From contig JBLDXI010000024.1 of NCBI GenBank assembly GCA_047495785.1, positions 5,022,001-5,086,000 of the forward strand: a stretch of DNA of 64,000 nucleotides, written 5' to 3'. Source of the stretch: Lepidodermella squamata. Lineage: Eukaryota; Animalia; Gastrotricha. The translations under genes and the position numbers were made by a program. Every line of letters starts with the position of its first letter. The stretch's first letter is position 1. This document shows positions 1 to 11,900 of the stretch, piece after piece. Below the pieces are notes generated by a model that saw only the letters and a list, made by a program, of their open reading frames with translations, was not told the origin of the DNA and made no database searches.

Positions 1-42
1 CGTTATTTGCTTTCTTCATTGATTTTTTTCTTCGCCCCCTAG

Positions 43-2168
43 GCGCGCAGTCAATAACAACACCTTCTGAGGATAGCGCGGCGTTGTCGTGCCTCAAAAT
101 CGTCAGTGATTCGCCGCTTCTCAGAAATGGCACTGATTCTACGCCGCTGGGCCAACTGCTGCCAGGCCTAGCTGCGACCTCAAACAGCCTTGAAGTCAGC
201 TCGCTATCGCCGCAACTCTGCGCCTACTACAACTCGGCGCAATTCAACGCAACTATGTTGCCCTTTCCGGATTTCGACTACGGCGCTACTGTTGTGCCTC
301 TTACAGGAAATCAGAGTGGCGTAACCCAACGTGGCTTCTCTGCAGAGTTCATCGAGCATGACATCAACGAGTGGATATCGATCATCATCCCGGCGCTGTG
401 CCTTGTGCTCGGCACTTTTGGCAACGTCATGTCAGTTCTGGTTGTTTCGCGGCTTGGTAACACCCTCAAATCATCATCTGCTGCCTACCTCAAATACCTG
501 GCCTACTTTGACCTAATAGGTTAGTTAAACAAATTTCGGATAGATCTGGGCAATACGCTAATTGAAACATTAGGTATTTATGCTTAATTGCCTGTAAAGT
601 TTACAGAGTGGGAGGGGTCTCAAATCAGAGTGCTATATGATTAACCTCAAAAAGTGACTTGTAATTTCGGAATTTTGCTGGCTCCTCTTTCTCAAACTTC
701 TAAACACCACGTTCAGTATTCCTGGAGCAAATTGAGTTAGAGCTCTTATGTTCCTAGGAATCTGGTCTTCCTTACCGCGTTATTTAACACGTGCCCTCTT
801 GGACTTTGACTTCCGCGACTACCATCCAGCGATATGCAAAATTCAGCGGTTCTCCGTGTATTTTTCGCTCGACGTGGCCGCATGGATCACCGTTGCTGTA
901 ACTGCCGATCGACTGATAGCCGTGCGCTTCCCTTACCACGCCAGCAAATTTTGCACCGAACGCGTTTCCCGCCTTGTCCTGCTCACCGTTTGCCTCGCCT
1001 TTCTACTGCTCGATGGCCACGTCTTTTTCACGTACGGCTACAAAGAAGTGAAGCGTGGCAACAAAACGATAATCCTCAACTGCGCACATCCTAACGAAGC
1101 TTCCGTCTTCATATGGACTTACGTCCAGCCAATACTAGCCACACTAACTTATGCCGTCGGGCCATTCGCATTTCTCCTACTCGCGAATATAATTATAGCA
1201 CAGCGATTGATAAAACAATCAAAATTTCTTAAGAAATGCTCGAGTAACCCGGGAACTCGAGAGAACGAAAACGGCCGTACTGTCTACACTATGTCCTTCA
1301 TGCTGGTTGCTACCTCGGTAAATTCACGGCTTGAGAAATTGATGTATTTCGACCTCGTTTTATTTAGGTTGTTTTTCTGGTTATGAACACGCCTTCATTT
1401 TTTTACATGGTCATCAAAGAGATGATTTTAAGCGATATAAAGGTGAGATTTCATTTCTCACAGATTTGCCGGAGGCTTTAACTGTTCTCTAAACAGATGT
1501 CGGAGCAAGAAAAAGCGAGGCATCGGTTGCTCAAGTCTTGTTTCAACATGGCCATGTACATAAATCATTCCGTCAATTTTTTCATCTACTGCCTATCCGC
1601 AAAGAAATTTCGCGACGTATTCATGCAGGTGTTAACATGCCGAGGTGAAGGGCACCTTGAAGCCCTGATAACTCGGCAAAAGATAGGAGGAGCTGGTCTC
1701 GGAGGCGGCATGCTCAAAACCCTCCACCGGTACACGGCTAGTAACAGCGTTAACGGCTCGCAGGATTTCGCTGGAGCTGCCACGATGGTTTCGAAATTAA
1801 AGCTTCCAAGTGGAAGTAACGAGTTACTCGGTGAAACCTCGGGCCCTATAACTGTTACGTCAACCTCTCTGACCCCATTAAAACCTATGCCAGTATTAGC
1901 CGGTTCCAATGTGGCTCTAGCTGAGCCAACCTCGACTACGGCGCTCCTGGAGCCGCCAAGCAACGAACCTAGTCACGCTTCAGTGGGTATTCAAACAAGC
2001 TGTGAAGTTGCTACCGTCATCGGCAGTAGACCTGGTTTACTGCTGATTCTAGCCAAAGCGTTTCAAACCGCGAGTTCGGACGCGACTCCACCGGGTATGT
2101 CACGCTTCACTGAACCCCGTCAATTTATGTTGATTGACCCCAGCTTATTACTTCGTTGTAACCACTGA
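43..2168 (+). CDS. Class A (rhodopsin-like) peptide-type GPCR, multi-exon, possibly 5'-partial
   Basis: Exons about 43-519, 758-1317, 1368-1442 and 1497-2168 join in frame at GT-AG sites. Motifs: TM1 GTFGN, DRY-like ADRLIAVRFP, TM7 NHSVNFFIYC. First in-frame ATG at 255, but the frame is open back to the acceptor at 42. The C-tail may splice on to 2933. Confidence 0.85.
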
Positions 2169-3474
2169 TTTTTCCATGGCTTGACTGATTTTCGAGCGCG
2201 AAATGTTTATTCTGATTTCATTTCGCTTTTTAATTTCTAATTTTTGTTGCTCTCTGGTCATGATGGCTGTTGTCGCCGTGTTGTGTCTCCTGCCTCGTCG
2301 GATTGCTGCAAGAAAAATCACCACCAATGTGCACTTGTAAAAAGCTTGCCGACTGATATCACCATTTCTGATCACACTTTTCTGTTTTTTCAACATTTCA
2401 TAAACAGCAGTCAATGACGATCACGATCGGCGGACAACCGGCGACAACACGCCACTGACTGGTCATGCGACACCACCTCCGGTAGAAGTCCGACAGTGAA
2501 ATTTCCCCCTGATGTTGTCTTTAGAATCAATTTCATTAGCGGGCACAAAGAAAAATCTAATTTAGCTGGAGGCTTTTACCTCATGAAGTTCTCACTTGAG
2601 CATCGTCCCGTTTATGGTGTTTCTATGAGTTTATTACATTTTTCTGATAACTAGGATCAGCCTCTTCAGCGCGCTCCTTCGTCTCCTCGAGCAGTTCAAC
2701 GCCTGTCGCTGCGAAGGTCGCCGAACCAGAGCAGTGCTCGCCGTCTGCCGTCACTAGCCAGCCAGCCGCTCCTAAGCCGGCCCGACGGCCCGTGCCGTAC
2801 CGCCCAGTCCGCGCTGAATCCAGTCGAAGCCGTGCCGAAACGAAGCGTCTCAACCATGATGCCAGGCTCACCACCGCCGGTCGTGCCTCGGCGCCTGTCA
2901 GCAAACGCCGCTTCCGTGCACCGACCGCAGTGACGGCTGGGTCAAGCGCGGACGCATCTGTTTCATCCACATCCTCATCGCCGTCTCACTGCCTCAATCG
3001 GCCTAACATTCGTAGGCGATACGAAAACGGCCGACCTACCGCCGAATTTCCCGGATTCTCGAGCCCTTACAGCTGCGTGACTGAGCTGTTCACGAGTGGC
3101 GATGAGGCAGCGGTAGATGCCGAGTCGGAGCTATCGCGGGCTGCGGACGCGAGTCGCCTCAAAGTAATAGTGATGCTAAATCGGGAAACATTTTTGTGAC
3201 TAGACATCTTCCGGGTCGATATTAAATTGCTTTTTCTGATCTCATGTTGTCATCATTATCATCGGAATCAAATCTTGTGCCGTATTTCGGCTGATTTTAT
3301 AACTATTTTATGTACCTCGTCATTTATGAACCATACTGCCTCTTATGGCAGCGAGCGTATTATAGCAAACTTATACAAAGAATGGAATAAATTACTGAAA
3401 CTTCCAGGAAATCGAAAAGATACTAGAAAATGATTTTATTTCAAAAATCAGACAACAACTAGCGGTAAAACATT

Positions 3475-5508
3475 TCACACATGATTAGCGCCATGCTGGA
3501 GTAGAATTTCAACAAATCGCCGGCCCTGTACTTCGTTCTGAGCTGTAAAAGCTTCAGCTTCTGCCAACGGAGATCGTCCTGATTTGGTCGGTTTTGTTAA
3601 CAGCTCATTCCGCACTAAATCGATGCTCAAAAGGTAACGCAACATCGACTCACAGCCATCACTTATCGCAAAATGAAGCACTGACCGCTGATCATCATGA
3701 TCGCCAGCTATCGCAGTGACATCAGCACCTTTCTCGGCCAAGTATTGGACAATTTCCAGCTGGCGATAAGCAACAGCTTCATGCATCGGAGTTCGGCCGA
3801 TTGAGCTTCGTTTTTCTAGGAAAGTTTCTCTCTCCTCGCAATCAGCAATTTGAATTTCTTCGACAAAATAGCGGACTAACGGCAGATGACCGTGCATGAT
3901 TGCGATGAAAAGCGGAGTGTCGTTCGCCAGATTCGGTTCATCTACCAATTCGTGGTCTTCTTCGATCAGGTAACAAACAACCGCCAATTGGCCAGACTCG
4001 CAAGCAGCGTGGATCGGCAGATCACGTGCGCCGGGTAAAGACAAATCCGGCTCGAAATCAGCACCTTTCTCAATCAATAGACGAACAATTTCAACATGGC
4101 CGAAACGAGCAGCTAGAGTCAACGCGTCTTCTTTCCGGTGGTTCAGATGGTCCATCTTCACGTGGCAGTTTTCGATAAGAAACCTAGCGATTTCAAGCCG
4201 GCCATGAATCGCGGCAAGATTCAGCGCGGTGTCGCCGTAGTCGTCCTGCCATTGAACTGATTCTCGGTTGCATTCGACCGCGAACCATCGCACGACGTCT
4301 AGATTGCCTCGAGCAACAGCAAGATGAATCGGCGTTGATCTTCGAAGATCCTGAGCTCGTAGTTTAGCTGAAGCACCGCATTCGTTGATGAGAAAATCAA
4401 TAGCAGCCACGTGGTTATTCGCAGCGGCTTGATGAAGAGGGCTCAATAGTTCAGGTGTGGATTTATCGCCGTGTTCGGCAATGAGGCGACGACATGGTTT
4501 CGGAAATGACTCGCGACAAATGAGACGCTCGAGTTTGCTGATATCACCAGATTTAGCGGCTTCGTGAAGGCGGTCATAATCTGTGAAATCAGCGCTGTGC
4601 AACACACATCCTTCTCCGAAGTTCTCCACTCCGAATATCTGAAATAAAACAGTCTTGTTCAGCCGATCAAGATTAATTGAATAAATGTACCTGTTTATCC
4701 TTTTCAGCAACTTTTTGATACAGATCGAAGAAGCGATCGGCTTCGCAGTAAACGAGTGGGCTCAAGCGAGTCGCAACTGTTTGTTCGAAAATTTCCTTCA
4801 GGCCTTGACTGATGTTGGTAATAGCTGCATCCAGTTTGCCTTCATGCTCACTATCAACTTTCGAAAATTTCGCCGAGACATTCATGCGATCGTTGAATAG
4901 TTGCTGAGCCTTTCGGCTAGGTGACTTCACCTTTCCGATGCTGATATTTGAGCAACATCTGATTCTCTCTTCAAACTAGAAATGGAATTTAATTAGAGCC
5001 ATGAGGTCTTTTTCATCAGCCAAAAACTCACCCCACTAGCTGCCCATGCCATTTCGACTCGGACCGTATCGAGATGGTTGAACAAGCACGGTTGGCAGAA
5101 CTTCAATGCACAATGTCTGCAGTCGTAGGGTGACCTCACAAGCGGCAGATGTGGACATGGCCCGTCCTTGCTCGAACCAGCGCCGTGATCGTTGTACTGG
5201 CGCAAGTAGTCGACAACTCGTTGGATCTGTATATTTGTTTTCAAGCCATTGAGGCCGAGCCTGCCTAGCTTGGTGCTAGTACGGCATTCTGGGCAAATAA
5301 TTCGTGGTGGCTCAGCAGCGTTCTCCGCTTCATTATCAGCAGCTGGTTGTTGGTTTTCAAGGACTTTCTTCAAACAATTCAGGCAGACTGAATGACCACA
5401 GCTTGGCAGCAGTTTCGGCGTTTTGAATAGGTCGAGGCATACGGCGCATGTGAAAGCCGACATGAAACTGTCGTTTTCGGATTCATCAAGCCGGTCTTGA
5501 TAAGCCAT
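3475..5508 (-). CDS. TRIM-like RING/B-box/helical-linker protein with C-terminal ankyrin repeats
   Basis: Exon 5508-5032: C3HC4 RING (CAVC..CGHSVCLNC..CPEC) and B-box-like CPH..CRHC..CQPCLFNH. Exon about 4975-4692: helical linker. Exon 4638-3475: about 9 ankyrin repeats (SPLHQAA, TPIHLAV, TPMHEAV). Splices are in frame. Confidence 0.8.
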
Positions 5509-6143
5509 TATTCACTCGGCTATTCCTGCAGTAAAATGCCGTCTAATAATGCTAGAAAATTGGTGAAAATAATGAAATTTAGGACAAGAAGTAACAGAAA
5601 GATGCTATCGCTATTATAGTAGAGGTGTAGCAAAAATTATAGGTTGTCGCGTCTTTAGATTTTAGATAGGTGGCGCTGAGTAATTTTCGTAAAGTTTGTT
5701 ATGTCGTGTCAGCATGACCAGCAAACAGAATGAATGCACTTGGATCGCGTTATGGTTATTTGGCCTACATTTATTTGCGTAACAGGCCACACATTGTGCA
5801 CATTTAGTTCTGAAATAGTTCGAATTGAGCCAACAGCATTGTTTACTTCTTCGAAAACATTCCGGCTAGATACCTAATTCTTGTTCAACTTCACTTCATT
5901 TCTGTTTGATTGGAAGCTAAATCTTTTCAATGCTGCATATCGCATCTAAAACTGCTGCTCGCATCCAAGAAATGCTACATCTGACCCAGCTGACGCTTTG
6001 TGATGCGGGATGAGCCTTAATTTATTATCTATATATTTACATCACGCACTATTAGATTCTACTCATAAATGCCCACCTTTCAGCTGCGATTCAGGCGATT
6101 TACATTTTCATAAACCATTCTTTCTTTAGGAACATTAAAACTC

Positions 6144-8219
6144 ATGGCACGTTGTAGCGAAGATGATATGCTGCGACTTGAATCATTAACAGAGGCAGGT
6201 GATATTGCCGGGGTTCGGGAATTTCTCGCTGAGCTGTCCGAGGAAGCGAAAACTGAAGAATTTTGGGTCAATCTTGTGGGCAACGCTTGCGCTTATGGTC
6301 AGTTGGAACTGCTTAAATTTCTGGTCGAACTGCAGCCAGGATACGAAAATGCTGCCGATAGTACGGGCGATCGACCGATTCACATCGCAGCATGCAGCGG
6401 CCATCTATCTGTGGTTAGATTTCTGGCTGAAGAAAGATCTGTTTCAATCGAACAATTAGGCTTCGGAAATCAAACCCTTCTCCACTGCGCTGCTCAAAAA
6501 GGCGGAGTCGATTTGCTGCAGTACTTGTGTGATAAGGGCTGTACAGTCGACGCGGAATGCTCGGATTCACCCGAATGTAATGAAGTTCAACCTATTCACA
6601 TTGCGGCTAAATTTGGCAATCTCGAGGCCGTTAAATGTTTCTTGGCCAAGAGCCAAGATGCAAAATTCGCTACGACATCACAGTATAACATGCCGAGTCA
6701 CATAGCTGCACTGAATGACAACTTTGAAGTCGTTTACTACTTACTAGAACAAGGCGTCCCGGTTAACCAAGCTGGATTTCACAGCAAAACTGTTGTTCAT
6801 TGCGCAGCTGAAGTTGGAAATATTAACGCCGTTCAAAAGCTGGTCGAAAGCTTCAGTGGCAGCATAGATACTATGGCTCGCGAAGGCATGCCAATTCACT
6901 TGGCAGCAGGATTCGGCCGTTTGGATGTTGTTCGATATTTGGCGAGTATCAATCGCGGTCAAATCGAAGCCAGAAACGGCGTGGACCAAATGCCGATTCA
7001 CATAGCGGCACAGAATGGCTGTATTCAAGTTGTTGAATTCCTACTCTCGGAAATGACGCAAGACATCGAGGTTTGCGGATTTCAAGGCAAGACCGTGCTT
7101 CACTACGCAGCGCATAATGGTCATTTAGAGCTGGTCCAGTTGTTGGTTGCAAAATTCAACGCTAATGTCTTCGCCGCGACAGATCCTGATTTATCGAATC
7201 CGTTACATCTGGCCATGGAGCGCCCGCAATCAAATGCAGTAATCGAATATCTACTTGGCCACGAACCTAGTCTTGCAAATATCAGAGACGGGAATGGCAA
7301 TCTGCCCATTCATCTAGCTGTTCTGTGGGAGCGCACCGACTTGATTCGTGAATGGTTTCGTGAAACAGTTAATACGCCGCAATTCATCGCAGGCGGTTTA
7401 GAATTTCAACCGTTGTACCTAGCTGTCCGAAGCGGGGATTCAGCTATAGTTAATGCTCTTCTCAAAATAGGGGCGGATCTTAACTTGTTGAGTGGATCAC
7501 CGAGCAATCGCAAAGCAACACTCCACCAAGCAGTTCAGTTAAATCGTCAAGAAATCGTTGCGATTTTGCTAGAAAATGGCGCAGATGTTAATTTGCGAAC
7601 TTCGATCGGACACACGCCGCTGGACAGAGCCGTCGAAGAAGGGGTTGATAGTTCGGTGGTCAAAATACTAGTTGCTAAGGGCGGCTTTCATAACCCTGAC
7701 CATTCTTCGTTCGATTCGTGTTTTTTTTGCAAAGTTCACGGCTTTTTCAGCAGCTCGCCTGTCTACAATGCGACTGGCCAGCTAACTGACCTTCGCTGGG
7801 GCTTTGAAGACGATTTCGAATTTGTTAGACAGTTGGGTTTCGCTGGCCTGATATGCCGCAATGTCAGCAGCCCCGACGTAAAATATGCTTTCCCTTTGAT
7901 TTTAAGTTGTGCTCAAAGTTTATCGCTTGGAAATCATCCTCAGCTACTGCCGATGATTGAAGTCTTGCTCTCTGCAAGGAATAAGTCTGGCGTAAGGTGC
8001 GATTTGGCTGCCTACTGGAGAAGTGAAAAAAGTATTGACGACCAATGTTTGCTACGGTTCAAGCAGCTTTTGTACAACATTTTCCCGATGAAGCTACAAG
8101 AAATTTGTCGTATTGTTATAAATCGACATCTGCCGGTAGGCTATCAGCAGCGAAATTTAGCCGTTGATCAACTTTTCAATCTTCCTCACATACTTCGTAA
8201 TTATCTAAGATTTCTTTGA
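6144..8219 (+). CDS. Ankyrin repeat and SOCS-box protein (ASB-like), single ORF of 691 aa
   Basis: Many ankyrin motifs (RPIHIAA, TVLHYAA, TPLDRAV). The C-terminus PMKLQEICRIVINRHL...LPHILRNYL matches the SOCS-box pattern. AATAAA follows at about 8242. Confidence 0.85.
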   Translation: MARCSEDDMLRLESLTEAGDIAGVREFLAELSEEAKTEEFWVNLVGNACAYGQLELLKFLVELQPGYENAADSTGDRPIHIAACSGHLSVVRFLAEERSVSIEQLGFGNQTLLHCAAQKGGVDLLQYLCDKGCTVDAECSDSPECNEVQPIHIAAKFGNLEAVKCFLAKSQDAKFATTSQYNMPSHIAALNDNFEVVYYLLEQGVPVNQAGFHSKTVVHCAAEVGNINAVQKLVESFSGSIDTMAREGMPIHLAAGFGRLDVVRYLASINRGQIEARNGVDQMPIHIAAQNGCIQVVEFLLSEMTQDIEVCGFQGKTVLHYAAHNGHLELVQLLVAKFNANVFAATDPDLSNPLHLAMERPQSNAVIEYLLGHEPSLANIRDGNGNLPIHLAVLWERTDLIREWFRETVNTPQFIAGGLEFQPLYLAVRSGDSAIVNALLKIGADLNLLSGSPSNRKATLHQAVQLNRQEIVAILLENGADVNLRTSIGHTPLDRAVEEGVDSSVVKILVAKGGFHNPDHSSFDSCFFCKVHGFFSSSPVYNATGQLTDLRWGFEDDFEFVRQLGFAGLICRNVSSPDVKYAFPLILSCAQSLSLGNHPQLLPMIEVLLSARNKSGVRCDLAAYWRSEKSIDDQCLLRFKQLLYNIFPMKLQEICRIVINRHLPVGYQQRNLAVDQLFNLPHILRNYLRFL

Positions 8220-8279
8220 TATTAACACTTTCTGCTATTCCAATAAAATTATGATTCATCATTGTGCTGGGAACCTTGG

Positions 8280-8712
8280 TTGCTACTGGTTTCCAGAGTA
8301 ATTAAGTTTGTTACCCCATCTCAACAATAATGAATAGCTGCAAGCAAGAGCAAACAAAGCAACAGGCAAATCATAGAATCTACCGTAGGAGATCGGGAAA
8401 AACTTTGAGTTCAACATATGGCGAGGCGAAAAGGTCCCTGAATCTCCCAGCCACGGCCCAAAATACGACGAGGTTATACAATGTCAAAAGACATGCTATC
8501 AGCTCGCATGCCATCGTAAATGTCCCGAGAAGAGTCAGTCTACGCTTTTTCGGCAGTTTGTTGCTCATTTGGATCTGAATAAACGTCAACGCTAGAAGAA
8601 TGGTCACTGAGTATATTGGTCTATCCGGAAAATTGGGATGAATGAATAGCGATGCTGTTGCGAACAAGGTTAGAACTCCAGTTGGAATCAAATAAACCAT
8701 TACGTGATACAT
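8280..8712 (-). pseudogene. Fragment (TM1-TM4 only) of a Y-type Cys-loop channel gene
   Basis: YLIPTGVLTLF..IHP..DRP.YSVTILLALTF aligns with the TM region of 35540-36673. There is a frameshift before TM4 and no extracellular domain upstream. Confidence 0.7.
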
Positions 8713-8949
8713 AATATTTTTTATTGTTCTATAGCTCTATGTTCTATCCAAAAATTGCCCCGCTCAACTTGACTTGATAATTTCAGGCAATGTACTTGCA
8801 ATACGTCCACCATGCGCGGTTTTATAGGTTTTGAAGACAGTGAATGTCACTCCGCTGAAGAGTAAGTTTCAGTTGGGGTAATGGGTCGGAGTTCATTTAA
8901 TTTGTCTGGTGTTCTTCGATCATCATGTAGCAAGCGGAATAATATATAG

Positions 8950-11900
8950 CTACAATATTGCGCCTGCTGCTAATAGGATATCGACAGTCTTTTGTTTGTC
9001 GGCTTCTGACACGCTATCGTCGCAATTCTGGGCGACGAGCAGAGCTGTCCAGCCCGTCGATGGAACTCGGTAATTGACATCAGCTCCAAGCTCCCTTATT
9101 ATCACATCAACAACAGCATGGCGACCTTGGAATGATGCAGCCATAAGTACACTGGACCTTTTATGAGATGATAATATATCAGACGAGTTCCCAAGTTTCT
9201 TTGACATATGCAAGGCAAGGCCAAGGTTGAATTCGGTAGCATTCACATCTGCCTTGAACTGCGAAGATAGTAGTCTCACAATATCGACATTGCCACGCCA
9301 AGCAGCGATATGAAGAGGCGTAGTTCCATTTAAAGCTTTTGCATTCACTAGAGTAAACAAGTTTTATTCAGTGCTTTGGATTTGATTTGATTTGATTTAG
9401 ACCCTCTTTTCACTTATTTAGATTTGAAATGATTGATTTAAGCGGGGAAGCATTTTGATTTGACTTATTTTGATTTACCCTTGGGGATGCAAGCAAAGTC
9501 AATACCATGAAACTGAAATCATTGATTGATGAGATAGAGAGGGATGATAGTTTCAAATTCGGGCTGTTTTAACCATCTGTTGACATTTGAAAGCCCCAAC
9601 TTCTTGAAAATCTAGATTGTTCGTGGTTTACCTAAATTTTTAGCTGGGAAACTTAGAGGGGCACAGATGGGGTTATTAGCCTGCCATACTTCCTGACATA
9701 TGACCCAAGGTAATAAGCTTGTCCATAGCTTGAGACAATATAATGCAATTGTGAGACATGTTGAATGCAATGCATTGTGAAAGAAAATTGATATATCAAT
9801 GAAGAGATCGGCGACTTTACCGAATGACCCAAAAATGCTTCAATGTGGGGAGGCGTCTAGCCGCTAGTATCTACTACAAAGATATTTGACTCGAACTTCC
9901 TTACATTGAACATTAACATTGCAATTGAACTCTCCTGCTAGCATATTGACCATGTCCGCATGTCCAAACAAAACAGCGATGTGCAAGGAGGTCCAGCACT
10001 CTCCCACCGAGGCATTAACATTGCAATTGAAATCGCCGGCTAATACTTTCACAATGTCAGCGCGACGATTCTTAACAGCGAAATGCAATGGCGTCCAGCC
10101 ATCCTTTCCAAAGGCATTAACATCGCATTTGAACTCGCCAGCTAGTAAGCTGACGACGTTTGCGTGCCCGTACTGAGTAGCTATGTGCAAGGCTGTATCG
10201 TTATTCTTTTTCCGAGCGTCAACGTTACAATTAAATTCTCCTGCTAGCATTCGGACGATTTCTGCGTTTCCAATGTGAGCAGCGAAGTGCAACGGCGTCC
10301 AGCCATCTAACATAGAGGAATTAACGTCGCATTTGAATTTGCCAATTAGTATTCTGACGACGGTTGCGTGTCCGCGTTGAGCAGCGATGTGCAATGGCGT
10401 TGCGCCATTCTCCAAAGTGGCATTAACATTGCAATTGAAATCACCGGCTAATATTTTAACGATTTCAGCGCGACCCTCCTTAACAGCGACGTGCAATGGC
10501 GTCACGCCCTCTAACATCGGGAAATTAACATCGCATTTGAACTCGCCCGCCAGTATTCTGACGATGTCTGCGTGCCCGTACTGAGCAGCTAAGTGCAAGG
10601 CTGTTTCGTTATTCTTTTTCCGAGCTTCAACGTTACATTTGAACTCTCCTGCAAGTATTCTGACTATTTCCGCGTTTCCAGTCTGAGAGGCGATGTGCAA
10701 TGGCGTTGCGCCATTCTCCAAAGTTGCATTTACATTGCAATTAAAATCACCGGCTAATATTTTAACGATTTCAACGCGACCATCCTTAACAGCAATATGC
10801 AGTGGCGTCCAGCCATTTAACATAGTGGAATTAACTTTGCTTTTGAACTCGCCAGCTAGTAATCTGACGACGTTTGCGTGTCCATATTGAACAGCGATGT
10901 GCAAGGCTGTTTCGTTATTCTTTTTCCGATCTTCAACGTTACATTTGAACATGCCAGCTAGCATTCTGACGATTTCCGCGTTCCCTATCTGAGCTGCCAC
11001 ATGCAAGGGTGTCGCGCCATGCTCTAAAACAGCATCGACTTTGCAATGGAAATCACCGGCTAACACTCTCACAATTTCAGCGTGACTATTTAATACAGCG
11101 ACATGCAGTGGCGTGGCGCCCATCTCCATAGTAGCATTGACGTTGCAATTGTAAACTCCAGCTAGAATTCTCACGATGTCCAGGTGTCCATACCGAGCTG
11201 CGATGTGCAAGGGCGTCGCGCCGTCCGCCATAGCGGCATTAACATCGTAACTGTAATCGCCAGCCAGTATACTGACGATTTCCGAGTTTCCATGCGCAGC
11301 TGCGGTGTGCAAGGGCGTCGAGCCATCTTTCATACGAAGATCAACGTTGCTATTAGGATGGCTAGCTAGGAGTCTCACGATTTCCACGTTTCCGAGTCGA
11401 ATAGCAGCATCCAAAGGCGTCGCGCTATTCGTATGCCGGGCATTAATGTTGCAATTGAAATCTCTTGCTAGCATTTTGACGATTTCAGCGTTTCCGTGCA
11501 TAACAGCGATGAACAAGGAAGTCACGTTATCCTCCATGGCGGCATCAACGTTGCAATTGCGCTCGCCAGCTAGTATTCTGACGATTTCCGCGTGTCCATA
11601 CCGAGCTGCGATGTGCAAGGGCGTCTCGCCGTCCGCCATAGCCGCTTCAATATTGCAACTAAACTTTTCTGCTAGCATTCTCACGATTTCCGCGTGTCCA
11701 TACCGAGCTGCGATGTGCAAGGGCGTCTCGCCGTCCGCCATAGCCGCTTCAATATTGCAACAAAACTTTTCTGCTAGCATTCTCACGATTTCCGCGTGTC
11801 CATACCGAGCTGCGATGTGCAAGGGCGTCCTGCCATCTTTCACTGGGAGTTCGAGGTTGCAATTGAAAACTTCAGCTAACATGCAAACCATTTCCGTGAG

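Noticed and set aside
9376-9478. (GATTT)n-like tract
   Set aside because: Ordinary short intronic low-complexity sequence.
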